Below, in pieces: positions 23,323 to 35,500 of a stretch of 64,000 nt of DNA. The DNA comes from Marsupella aquatica (Eukaryota > Plantae > Marchantiophyta). The translations under genes and the position numbers were made by a program. The notes under the pieces are model-generated. The model searched no databases, was not told where the DNA came from, and was given only the letters and a program-made list of their open reading frames with translations. The number at the start of each line of letters is the position of its first letter. Position 1 is the first letter of the stretch. The DNA is taken from positions 2,207,927 to 2,271,926 of the forward strand of contig OZ316898.1 in NCBI GenBank assembly GCA_973895155.1. Reading direction: 5' to 3'.

Positions 23323-25804
23323 ATGGAGGCGTCGATGTCAGCTCTCCGATTGCAGACTTGCACATGCCCTTGTAGCAGGCATTCTACTGCTGCTACCGCC
23401 TCGCCACACCCGTCGGCCGGGGCGAAGTCGAATTTCGTCGGAAGGGAGCGCCTGGATTCCAATTCTTTGGCTGGAGTTCGGCAGGAGTTCGCTGGACCCT
23501 TAATTCACTTTTACAAGCCACGCAGTCAGAGTCTGCCAGGCACAACAAGGTAAGATTAATTCCCGAGGTCCTGTGATCAGTCTTTTATACAGTGTGAAAT
23601 GGGTTTTTATGTCCTGAGTGGTGCCTGCCACGAATCGAGTTTGGAACGTTGCGTCAGTCGCAGAAGGCAAACGGTGGACTGGAACTTCGCTTGGGCAGTC
23701 GCTGAATGGAATCGGTAGATTGCAACTTTGCTTCAGCTGCCGAATGGACACGGTAGATTGAGCCTTTGCCACATGTGCTGAATGGAAGCGGAAGATTAGA
23801 AGCTTTCTTCGGTGCCCTGATTGGATACTGTAGACTGGGCCGTCCGAACAGAAGCAGGAGATTGGAATTTTGCTTCAGCTACTGAATGGAGGCTGTAAAT
23901 TTTGAATAGGGGACACGAGATAAACTTGGACCAACGAAGTGCTTCCCTGGACGCATGGACAGTGCTTATTTCACTTCGCTGTCGTAGCTTTAGTCAATGG
24001 ATTTTACAAGGTTACTTGGAGGATTCATGCTACTTAGGAGTCTCTCTCCCAGCTCGCCGTGAGGCTGTTCTGGCTCATCTACTGATCTCTCCTTGAAACG
24101 TTTTTACATGACACAGGTGTCTGTACTCTCCACTTGTTGAGAGCTATGATACAGCAAAAGTCAAGCCCTTGACGATTCAGAGAGATGGCAACAATGGAGG
24201 TTCGATGCTGGTTTCTTCTGCTAGTATATCTTTCCTCAAGCCCACAGGCGTACAGACGCGGTCAGTACGAGAGCTTACTCACGAGGAGAGTTCGCATGGT
24301 GATAGAAACGACGAGGGGAGTGCCAAGGATGAGAATTGTCCTGGTGAGCAAGATCCCATAGCGGCTGCATACGGAGATTCCACGCTATTGGCTACAGGTT
24401 TGTAATAATATGCGGACCCTCTTCTTGTTTGGTCATTTCAGTCTACTCAGTTGCTCTCATCTTTTGCGTCACTGTATGTGGTACTGGAGTTCTTGCGTTC
24501 TTCCTTTGGAGGATTAGATGGATGAGATAGATTGTTAGTTTTCTATGCATGTCAAAATCTCGAATCGTCTCTCAAATGTACGGGGCACTGGTATTGTGCA
24601 GATGCTGGTCATGACCTCGAAGCACGGAGAAGTGCGAGGTTTCAGCCTCAAACTATGTCTTTAACCCATAGTTTTAGAGCTGCTGCGAACCAAGGGGTCA
24701 GTTGCGCTATTGGAGTTGCAGGGCGTCCCCTTGCCAATGCAACCAAGATTGGAGGTATAATTGAATCCCTTTTCCAGTTGCCACCTGTTGCGAGTTGTGT
24801 TAAAACTGATTTGCTGAACGCATTATCTGGAGTCGCATCTGGCACGGTCAGTGCGCAGAGCTTACTCACTCCTTTGCTGAACGCATTACCTGTATGCTTA
24901 TCACGCATAACAGGCATTCTCTTCTTCTAATTGAGTAATAATATGGACTCATGTTGGGCGTTGCAGGACCTACTGGTCTTATGATGGGTCTAGCAGTGGC
25001 TGGTCTGGGCATTGTAACTGCTATTCATAAGGCTGCTGAAACTCAACCACAGGTAGAAATCGTTGTTTTAGCCATTTCATAGCTTTGTGCTTATTAGTCG
25101 TCAGACTTAATTGTTAAGCAAGTTTGCGCTTGTGAAAATTGTGTATCGTGAAGGAGGAATACACAGACCAATCGTTTTTTCCTAACTCTGAACCATAAAC
25201 AAGGCTTGTCTGCTGATTCCGTGTTTGATGTTATGCAGCTGAAGTTATGTTCCCGATGTGATGGCTATGGGGTTGAGTGTTGTGATGTCTGTGGTGGAGT
25301 TGGACAAATCTCCTGGGAGGGCAAAGCCCATCGGACAAATCCTTGTCCTAGGTGTTTTGGTGCTCGTCTGAAGAAGGTAATTTCAGTCACACTTCTCTCT
25401 TGCCTTTTATTCACAGGTCGTGAATGCCGGTGTGACTGGACTATTCTTACTTTTGCAGAATTGAAAGTGCCTTAATACTCTCTTATAGGTTGGGAGGAAG
25501 AGTAGAACTTTCTCTCGAACTTGTCGTAGTGCTAACCCGGTTTGGGATGCCAGTGCCTGGTTTTAGTGGAACTTTGACCTTGGAGAAGTCATATAAGATT
25601 TTCATCTTACCATTGGAGCGCTGCCTCATCTGCCGATTCCTTCCCTTTTTCGTTCTCTGCTTTGTTCTTGACAAGTCTGGACTTACACCTGACCCAAACA
25701 TTTGATGCTTGTGCTGCCAGTGTCCACGCTGCGATGGATGCCGTGTAAAGAAAGATAATGCTCCCGTGTTGCTGAAGTTGAAGTCGCAACCCAAGAAAAA
25801 GTAG
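23323..25804 (+). CDS. Plastid-targeted DnaJ-like cysteine-rich zinc-finger protein with one TM helix (no J domain), ~322 aa
   Basis: Exons 23323-23549, 24117-24397, 24602-24754, 24967-25052, 25239-25376 and 25721-25804, phase-compatible with GT..AG introns. S/T/A/R-rich transit-peptide-like N-terminus, TM segment GLMMGLAVAGLGIVTAI, and four CxxCxGx(G/R) motifs: CSRCDGYG, CDVCGGVG, CPRCFGAR, CPRCDGCR. Confidence 0.75.
23695..23900. repeat. Intronic degenerate tandem repeat
   Basis: GCTGAATGGA..CGG.AGATT..A.CTTT.CTTC.G.TGCC recurs in intron 1 of the DnaJ-like gene. Confidence 0.55.
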
Positions 25805-26797
25805 ATGCGGAAACTGGATCCGATGACAGTTTCATTGATTGTAAAATTGGTAGTTGTATATTTAATGTTGGTGGCAGAAATGTGAATTACTCACATACGC
25901 AATACGCCAGTCACAAAGTTGGGCACAGGAACCTGAGGTGACTGGAGGTATCACAATATATTCTGTTAAACTTAGGAGGGTTGTCAGGAAGTCTAACGTC
26001 ATTCCACCAAGTAAAGACTTCAGCTCCCAGAATTTTGTATTGTCCCCAATCAGACTCTAGAGTATGCGGAGTAGACTAGCTATATATAATTGAAATTTCA
26101 GGCTTGGGTTGCAGTGGTTTACATTACCACCAGCGTACTGGTTTTTTGAAGAATTGGTCTCCAATGTTGTAGCAATATTTCAAACGTAGCCAGTACTAGA
26201 GTTTTTCCCTGCTCGATTCAGGTTCCAACGATGCAAACTGTGACCAGTCATCATCTTTTTTTTCTGAGAGCAGTTTTGCACAGACCCAAGAAACGACACA
26301 GCAGACCTTGGCACAGACCCAACGACTGTCGTTTCTTGACTCTTTGTGTGTCAACTAAATGTAAATGGCAAGGAATGCAAAGATTCATCACATTATACGA
26401 CCAAAAATTTGTATACTAGTCTACGGGCCACGTAGTGGTTAAGAATATATCATGAAGTTCGACCAAGGCCTCCTGTTCCGAAATATAAACCTTTGAACTA
26501 CTCTTTGCGTGAATCCAGAGCTTTGACAAACTTTAGTTCATGTACAACTGGCATTCTCATACCTACCTTTATCAAAGAAGATCATGCAAAGCTTGTCGGG
26601 GATCATACACTCTATCGAACCTGATCCAAATAAGGAAACTCCCTAAACAGGGGTGGCGTTATACATCATTGGAGGCCACTCTGACAGAAGAGCATCTCTA
26701 CGACAGAACCTGCTAATTTGTGACCGGTCTAAGCAGACATTTTACCTTCCACTACCGGCATACATCGCTGTCAGCTGAGTCCACAATTACAAGAGGT

Positions 26798-27291
26798 CTA
26801 CGAACATTTCATGAGAACATCTCCAAGCCCTAGCTTTCTCAAATCCGTTTCGTCCTGTTTGGTAGTCACTATTCGCTTGCCTGATTTACTCGTGTATTCA
26901 TAACAAACGGTCCACAACGAACTAGAGGTTCGTTAATGAACTCACCAGCAATAAGGACAAGTTGGCAGGTCTCGTTTTTTGCGTTCCACACAGATAACTC
27001 ATCCCCAGGCCCAAGTTGCACAGAATCATGTGCAGCCATTGGAGCTGAGTCTTTTGTTCCGACAATAAGACTCCTCCTAGAATATACAGAAAGACATTCC
27101 AGCCCTCGGGAATTGCTTGATGGACCCCTGCCCCAGGTCCCAGATAGAAGTCGAGGTACATAGTTAAAGTCATTGTGTAGACTGGTCACTTGATCCCATT
27201 CGGCTCCCGTGCAATGACGACCACTTTCACACCATCTTTCTCCACCTCAAGAATATCCTTGCTTACCAGTTCCTGGTATTTAGGTTCCACC
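26798..27291 (-). pseudogene. Pirin-like pseudogene fragment (C-terminal cupin exon only)
   Basis: After an AG acceptor the sequence reads VEPKYQELVSKDI..KDGVKVVVIA.E..GIK*PVYT..TMYLDF.L.PGA..HQAIPEGWNVFLYIL /frameshift/ LGPGDELSVWN..LVLIAGEFINEPLVRCGPFVMNT /frameshift/ DYQTGRNGFEKARAW. Stop at 27186-27188. No upstream pirin exons were found. Confidence 0.85.
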
Positions 27292-28572
27292 CTGAAACCT
27301 TAAATTTAACTTTCAATTCATGTGACGACAATAAACATTGTCGAACACCTAGGCGTGACATAGATCTGAACTTAAGACAAAATCTGTAAGCCTTGAACAA
27401 CACCAAGGAATATGATACTTGATTTGTTTAAGATATGACTCCGCAATGTCTAGCTGAAATTTGCTATCGAAATAGATTCCTTGGGAGACCCAAAAAAATC
27501 GATTCTTTGTAGTTTCATCAACCTTAACAAAACTTCACATGCTGGTCTCATTCGAAGCATATTTGAAGCTCATTCTAATGCACGATAGCACACTTGGTTT
27601 GGTTTAGAATGCGTTCTGTTAGATTAAAATTGAAACTCCTATTTCATAAGTTTTTTAATTGCTTTCCATCATAAATTCCTCCTGAAGAGTGCCCATGGGG
27701 GAATCATTCACGATGTTTGGCTTCATTCTTTGCACTGATCAGAGATTACTTAGCGTCGACCCCGGAATCCACTCAAACGCAATTAACTTTGTTGGAGATC
27801 AACGAGATCAAAATGATCAAATACCAAGATTCCACTTCCTGGAGGATGAGAGAAACTACCTTTCATAATAATGAAGATTCAATGAAACACGATGCATAAT
27901 CTAGAGCCCACTGGTAGCAACGAGTTGTTCAGCCTTTAAAAGCATAATCCGTTTCTATAGTCGCAAGAAAAAGAAAGCTCTCGGAACTTCCTATCAAGAG
28001 ATTGCGCAGACGTAGCCTTTGGCATTTTCAGAACAATGTCACCAATATCATGAAAAGTATTGGACATTCGGATTGTTTTGTAGAGCAACCTTGTCAATTC
28101 TCTCCCAAGTTCTAAGTCCCACCCTCATCAAGGAGTCCTCCAGTTGCTCAAGTTTGTTACTTGAGTGTTAAACTGACCTCATATCAACCATAATTTTGTG
28201 GACATGACACAGATTTGACCAACTGTAGATACGCTCCAGCTTGTTTGCTCCACAGCAGCCTTTTCCTTTTCTACTGAAGATGAATTAACTCTTGCTGCGT
28301 GCATCTGGCTCTTTGGTCGTCACCGTAGCTGCGCATATAACCTTAGATGCATAGACGGAGTCCTTGGGTGGAACAGTGTACCCAACGTCTCTCTAGAACT
28401 ACAAAATTCAGTCACCTGATGAAGACACAATATCGTCCTCCGGTGACAAAACTCCTTCGGCGAGGAGAGATTTACCTCGGTGACACCACATTCATGTAAC
28501 AGTCCATGATGGAGACGTGTTTAGCTTTGCAGCAAAGTACCCAATCCATCAAAATATGTCCATCACAAAGTC

Positions 28573-29951
28573 TCAGAAACCCCTGCAGCATACACGAACA
28601 ATTACGTGTCAGAACCGGTGACAATTTTCGTTCCAGGATGGCTTCACTCATCAAACGTCACCCTTGCCTCCAGTCCAACTTCTAATAAAATCCACAAACT
28701 GCTATAAACCTCGTTCTACACACTGGAATCCTGCTCCTCTCCAGTCAAACCTAAAATGATCCACAGCCTCACTCTATTGTCTAAAGAGAGAAATAAATAT
28801 TAGGGATTCCTGGGATTCCTGCTATTGAAGTGAAGAATAAGACGAGCTATACAGTATGAGAGTATGGATTAAAATTGGGATCTACTTGGCAGTATATGCT
28901 ATGCTACCCAGATACAAAAATGGAAAAGAAAACCTGCGTGATTCTTCTGAAGCAAACTTCTTTCCTTCATATATTCATGATTTAGGGTGATAAGTGACCC
29001 TAAAGTCTAATTTGTCCCGTCCAGAGACCACACTATCGTTTTATGTTTGTGAAACGGAAATCACAACGGCCCGCAGCTGTCGTCTCGGCAAGTCAGTGGA
29101 GACCCAAACTTCGCCGAATATCTGGACATAGTTTCTGAAAATCGACAACTCACGGAACCTTTCACTGATTAAGACGCCATTTTCACTGAGATCATTCAGA
29201 GTCGTGAATCTATGAGGGAAAATGCACAAACGTCCATAGCTGCTGTACTGTCATCAGTATCTGCTTTTCCAGGTCATCTAGGATGAAAAGTTGGAGGCGT
29301 TAAAAGACACGAGCTGGGCTGGGCAGATCATTCTCACCTTTGTCGTCGATTTAAGATCCAGTTGAGCTTCATCTTGAAAGACCTCCTTGCAATCCGATGA
29401 TCCCTCTCCTTTAACGCAAGCACACGTTTCTCAGACGGCTTCTTGAAGTACTCCCGATCTTTCAATGCCTTCAAGTTCTCCTCCTTACATTTCCTCTTCC
29501 ACTTCCGAATCGCCCGGTCCAAATCGTTTCCCTTCACTTCAACGAAGATCTTCCGCACTTGCTGCCCTACTCCACCAGCTAATAATCCTCCACCACCAGC
29601 CATAAACTGCGGTACATTGCGTGATGATGGTGGTGGTGCTCCCCAACTGTGCAATCTCGAGGAGAAGTCCATCCCTCGAAATGCGGTGAAATGCCGTGGG
29701 CTAAAGATTTCTCCATCGCCAGAATCAGAATTTCTAGGGCGAGCACCGGCTACTGAAGAAGGAGGAGGAGGAGGAGATCTCCGGAGACCAGCAGCATCAT
29801 CAGCAATCAGCGTGGCAGCTGGGCTGCTACGCAGACTCACAACCAATTCGGAAAATCTTGCAACGGATTCGGAAATTACTCGCGCTTGATAAGCAATAAT
29901 CGACGATACGAGGGGATAAGCCGCTCGGCTGGTTGCGGATGGTGACGCCAT
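28573..29951 (-). CDS. Ribosomal protein bS21 family (mitochondrial-type), 2 exons
   Basis: Exon 29951-29338 encodes a long presequence-like N-terminus then VRKIFVEVKGNDLDRAIRKWKRK..LKDREYFKKPSEKRVLALKE..ILNRRQR. A 10-nt terminal coding exon, 28582-28573, gives ..RGF*, like the ..RGL* end of plant homologues. Confidence 0.85.
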
Positions 29952-30134
29952 GAAATCACTCGAGCTCAGTACCGACGCTACTGCAATACCATCCGCTTCA
30001 TCTGAGGTTGTCGCTCCTCCTGCTGCTGCTGATGATCGAGCTCGCCGAGCTCGAACCGATGAGAAACAATCAATTGCGAGAGATGTGGAGAGGAAATAGC
30101 ATCGGTGGTTTGCTGTTTCTTTGCAAAGAGGCAA

Positions 30135-30780
30135 GTCTCTCAGTCTGTTCTGGTTTACATGTAAGTGGTAAACGGCCCTGTAAACAAGAGTTTCAGCCAG
30201 TTCTGGTTTACACGTAATTTGTAAACGTACCTGTAAATAAGAGTCTCAGTCAGTTCTGGTTTACATGTAATTTTTAAACGTACCTGTAAAATAAAACTCT
30301 CAGTCAGTTCTGGCTTACATGTAATTTGTGAGTGTACCTGAAAAATAAGACTCTCAGTTAGTCTTGTTTTACATGTAATTGGTAGACATACCTGTAAATA
30401 AGAGTCTCAATCAGTTCTTGTTTACATGTCATTGGTAAACATACCTGTAAAATAAGACTCTCAGTCATTCTGGTTTATTGTAATTGGTAAAAGTTTCTGA
30501 AAAATAAGACTCTCAGTCAGTTCTGGTTTACATGTAAGTGGTAAAAGTACCTGTAAAATAAGACTCTCAGTCAGTTCTGTTTTACATGTAATTTGTACAT
30601 GTACCTGTAAATAAGAGTCGCAGTCAGTTCTAGTTTAAAATGTCATGTGATTTGTAAATGTACCTGTAAATAAGAGTCTCAGTCAGTCCTGGTTTACAAG
30701 TAATTGGTAAAGGTACCTGTAAAATAAGACTCTCAGTCAGTTCTTTATATATTAAATTTGTCAAAGTACATGTAGAATAC
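30135..30780. repeat. ~54-bp minisatellite, ~12 copies
   Basis: Unit GA(C/G)TCTCAGTCAGTTCTGGTTTACATGTAATT(T/G)GTAAA.GTACCTGTAAA(A)TAA, starting at ~30136, 30188, 30241, 30295, 30349, 30402, 30457, 30508, 30562, 30615, 30674 and 30728. Confidence 0.95.
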
Positions 30781-30908
30781 AGAAATCATAAAAATTATGT
30801 CATATGGAAGTACTTGGATTTTTTTGGTTATGTGAAGTGGGGATTTAAATAATCCTTCCTAGCTGCAATTTGCAATTATTGATTGGATGAACTAAAGTAG
30901 GTTGTGTT

Positions 30909-31217
30909 TGTTGGGTATAATTCTTCTCCTGAGACATCATGCACATGTAAATATAATACAAAGTAGTCGACACAGCAAATACATGGTTTATCTCACGACT
31001 GAGGTTATGTTCACGGGAAAACAAGAGTCTTTTACTTCTCTCTTGCTCCACTCCAACAATGAATTGAAGATCCACCAGGGGCTGACACCAGTCCTGGTTA
31101 TATACAACATGTATCACTGCTCACTTTAGCTAAGTCCTAACCTGAGTTAGCCTAACTGTGGTTAGCCCTAGAGTCACAAGATTAAGAGCAATAATCAAGA
31201 GTGTTGGGATCTCAACA
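30909..31217 (-). mobile_element. Short solo-LTR family copy
   Basis: TGTTG...CAACA termini. The reverse complement matches 62980-63659 (ATTGCTCTTA.TCTTGTGA, GGCTAACCACAG, AAGTAAA..CT, GTGTCGACTA). No matching TSD seen. Confidence 0.65.
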
Positions 31218-31974
31218 ATGAAACCTATGTAGGAGGTCATAAGCCTGATTATTTTCATTAAGGTTTGGACAAGTGCTTGTTTTGGGCACATATTATGGAA
31301 GGAAATTGTGTAAATTCCCCCATCCCTCACTCACCTCAAATCAGTAAACCCCACAGTAAACCCCACAGTAAACCATCACCTGCTCTATATTGTGACATCT
31401 AGCATCATGGCATAAAGATATTGTAACAAGTGGCCAAACCATCACACAATGCAAAACACATAGAAAAAAGGTAGAAATATGCACAACGATATGTATGTAC
31501 ATAGCAGAGGTGTAAAACTCTGTATATAAAAGATGTAATTGTAACAAGTGTACTTAAGTCAAAATGAAAACCAATGGGATGCCAATAAGCATCGAATAAA
31601 TCTAGGTCAATGTATGGAATGGGGAATGACAAGCTATGATTGGAGTGTTCTGCCTCAACAATGGTGCAAGACTAGTGGATGGAATCCTCGAGATTCAGGT
31701 TTTCAAACTTGACACATCCCATGATAGCAGATGGGCATGGCCAATCCCATCGCAAAGACTAGACAGTGCACAATAGGTTTTCTGTGAGGCATTGGTTTTT
31801 GCGAAGCCAAACATGCACCTGGAAACCCTTTGCTGTCCCTGTGCATGGATGGACGGCCTTTCTGTCCATCAAAAGCCTTGCCTGGCTTGACAATCAAGAA
31901 CATATCACTGTTCACCGTAATTAGTGTGACCAACACTAATTGGAGACTGCCAATTTTCAGGGCCTACTCGCAAA

Positions 31975-32579
31975 TTAGAGTTAGTCGCACTTATTTTGTG
32001 CTAACATTATTTCCGCACACGTGAATTAGCGTTACTGTGGTCTCAACAATGGAAAAATAGAGGGGGAAAATGTATTTTGAAAAATTCACAAGAATTTAGT
32101 GTTACTATTGACTCAAGAGCATCCATTTTTGCTAGCAATTGAAACAAAAGTGGAAAAAAACTTGTATGTAAAACCCACCAAAATTAGTCTTAGTAACACT
32201 AATGTTGTACAAAAGCTAATTCTTGTACAACACTAGTTACCATGAACACCAGAACTATAGTGTAGCTTTAATTCACCTGAGTGTGGACCGGGTGCCCTGT
32301 CTCACCAGTTCTCTAGAATTAGTGGTAGTCACACTAATTTAGTGCTAACATTATTTTCGTGCACATGAATTAGTGTTACTCTGGTATCAACAATGGAAAA
32401 ATACAGGGGAAAAAACTACTTTGAAAAATTTACAAGAATTTAGTGTTACTATGGACCTAAAACAAAAATACATTAGTGTTTGTAACACTAATTTTGTACT
32501 AAAGCTAATTCATGCATAACACTAATTTTAATGTAGCTTTAATTCACCTAGGTGTTAACCGGGCGCCATGTCTCACCAG
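31975..32579. repeat. Two-copy tandem repeat (~340 and ~265 bp) overlapping the NLR stop codon
   Basis: GTGCTAACATTATTT..GAATTAG.GTTACT..TCAACAATGGAAAAATA..TTTGAAAAATT.ACAAGAATTTAGTGTTACTAT..TGTAGCTTTAATTCACCT..ACCGGG.GCC.TGTCTCACCAG occurs twice. Confidence 0.85.
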
Positions 32580-35500
32580 GGCATTTTCTCTGGTACCAAG
32601 TTCCCTCACACCAATCCAATATACGGTCATTATCACGAACAAAATAGTTTTCATGAGACTTAATCCAGCCTATTCCTTCCAGTACCGAGTCACTAAGGAA
32701 TGGACACCAATAAACATGTAGCCCGAATTTCTCCGTCGAAGCTCTCTTGCAGGAATGCCCACCTGCCGATCTTCTCGTCTCACTGCTTCTGTCTCCACCA
32801 CGTGATAAATTCCTTCCCAGACCATCTGGTAGACTCTTCAATTCGCTGCACTCGTCAAGTATCATGATTTTCAGGGACGACATGCTCCCCAAACTTTCCG
32901 GAAGAGTCTCCACATTTCGACAGTTTTGAATCCGAAGGATTTCTAGAGATCCAAGGTTTCCGAGTTCTTCTGGTAAACTGCTCCCCATATCCCCTATTAT
33001 AGTCAGCTTCTTCAGTGCTTGAAGCTGCCCTATGCTCGCCCGGAACCGTTGCAATGTATTCGCTGATATAAGCATACCTTCCAGTGACGAGAGGTTCCCC
33101 AATCGGTCCGGTAGCTCCTCACGGTGGTCGGCCTCGACTATGTGTAACGCCTTCAGAGCCAAGAGCTGGTTGAAATTATCTGGCAATCTTTGTAATCGTT
33201 TGCAGCTGATCAACTCCAGTTCTTGCAGGGCAGAGAGCAGACCAAAACTCTCAGGCAGTCTCACAAGACTCGGACAATGAGACAGACTCAGCGATGTCAG
33301 TGAAACTAAGTTCCTAAAGTCGTCTGGGAGCGCCTCTAGCTCCAAGGCCCCTTGTATCGTCAATTGTTCGAGAGCCATGAGTTGGCCGAAATTGTCAGGA
33401 AATCTATGTAATGCTTCACACTCTGATAATTCTAATGTTTGCAAGGCCGACAGATTCCCGAAACTTGCCGGCAATCTTCCAAGAAGCCTACAGCCATTGA
33501 GAAGCAAATTTCTCAGGGCAGGCAAATTCCCAAAGCTGTCAGGTAGGGCCTCCAGGTTCTCAGCGTCTATTATCCTCAAGCTTGTCAGAGCCTTGAATTG
33601 GCCAATGTTTTCCGGCAGCGTCTTTAGTTGCGTACACGCAATCAGCTCAAGTTTTCGCAGGGACGAAAGACGCTCAAAACTCGTAGGCAGCCTCTCTAGA
33701 CTGGAACAAGCGCGTAGAGATAGAGATGTGAGGGAAGATAAGTTCTCATGCAAGCCGAATTGTCTCACTTCTGTAGGCTCTTGACAGCTCAGGCTCGGGC
33801 ATTGCACAATGCGCAACTCGGTCAGCAAGGAGAGGTGACGGAAGGATTCAGGCAGACTTTCAAGTTTGCCACAATTAAGAATGAGTAATGTTGCCAGGGA
33901 AGAGAGATTCCCAAAAGATTTGGGTAGCTCAACGAGTTCTGGCATCCAGGATAAGAGCAGATGTTCGAGGGCCGAAAGGTTGCCAAATGAATGTGGCAGT
34001 GCAGTCAACCCGATATCAGTCAACTCCAACCGTTTCAGTTGGTACAGATGACCAAAATTGTCTGGCAGACGGGAAGGCCCGCGTATACTATCGAGAGATA
34101 AAATGCTCAGGTTTCTGAGCTTCCCCAACGGTGCGAGACTTTCCTCCGGCATCGCCCAGCATGCAAGCTGTAAGACAGCTAAATATTTCATGTCCTCCAG
34201 ACTGATAGGGAGGAGGGGCCGGTAGCGGGAAAACCGATGATAAGTGCATTTCAGTAGGCAAAGCTTCCTTGATAAGGTGTTGCTAGGCCCTTCAGGAAAA
34301 ATAAGAAGCAGCTCCAAATACTTTAATTTCTCCAACTTATCCAGCAGTTCGAACTGAAGCTTCGGGTTTTCTACAGGATCACCGTTCCAGAGTCGCAGAA
34401 TACTTGTTTGTGCTTGCACCTGTTGACAAAGTACATCTTCAATATAGCCTTCTTTAACCATTCCTGGACTATGTATTACCGTAAACTTGAAATTCAACCC
34501 CTTCAGAAACATAATTTGGGAATCTGCCGCTGCCAAGAAAACTCTACGAAACTCTTGGCATTTCTTTGAACAAATTGCATACTAAAAAATAACCAACACT
34601 TATTTTTGTGTACAGGTTTCTGGTTCAGTACTTACCGCATTTGCATTCAGAAGATCCAGTGCTCTGTGCCTTTTTCCAAGAGGCGTTGATATGATGGCCC
34701 CCTTCGAGAGATGATACGCCAAATCACGCAGCTGTTCATGCACCCATACTTCCTTGTACTTGATCTGCTTCCGCCAGGTATCATCCCATTCAGTCTTGTG
34801 GACTTCCTTCACCATGGATGTCCTCAGTAAGTTGGCCCACCTCGATTCTGAATCACCAAAAGCAGTGCTCCAAGCAGCTAGGGCTATCTCTACCGGCTCT
34901 TCAAAAAAATAAGTCCCAGCTTCGATGAACATTCCTTGCTCTTCGGGCGACAGAGCATCATAGCTCACTCTCAATGAACTCCACACTCTGTCATCTCGAA
35001 GTCCATCAACAGATTGAGCTCTGCCGAGCTTGTCTAATGTCTGCTTCCAGACCCTAGGATTAGTCTTGTGATCCCTCAGATAGCACCCCATTACTTCGAG
35101 CGTCAATGGCAAGCCGCCGCATTTCTCAACCACTTTCTTCACGTTTTCTTTCAAGTGACAATTCATAATTATAAGATCGTCCGGAATTTGTTTTTGCTGA
35201 AATGCATGCTGGCAAAAGAGCTGCTTCGCCTCGTAAAATTTGAGAACATCAACTTCGTAGATGGCACAATATCGAACAGTATTAAAAACGCCTTTATCAC
35301 GAGTGGTAAAAATCAGTCGACTGCCACTCCCAAACTCATCCAATCTAGGCAGATTTCTGACTTGGCTTTCCCTGTCCACATCATCCGCGGCGATCAGAAT
35401 TTTCTTCGTTTGAAGATCCGACCATCGCAATGAATTCTCGTCCACCCTAGTTCCATTTCGAAGAAAATGTTTGCGTACCCAATCCTTCAACTCGTGCACT

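Noticed and set aside
22625-23365. 246-aa minus-strand ORF (and 17562-18059 in the duplicate)
   Set aside because: Low-complexity S/T/P-rich, no recognisable domain, antisense to a gene 5' region, and the frame is not conserved between the two copies.
24755-24891. Extension of DnaJ-like exon 3 to the GTATGC donor at 24892
   Set aside because: It puts exon 4 out of frame (early TGA), whereas the 24754 donor keeps the TM and zinc-finger frame.
29041-29229. Alternative long last exon for bS21
   Set aside because: The ..RGF* ending at 28573 fits the family C-terminus better, though an alternative isoform is not excluded.
30135-30780. CRISPR-like array
   Set aside because: The whole 54-bp unit repeats with no unique spacers, there are no cas genes, and the context is eukaryotic.
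32747-35433. Plus-strand ORFs overlapping the NLR
   Set aside because: Antisense shadows of the LRR and NB-ARC coding exons.
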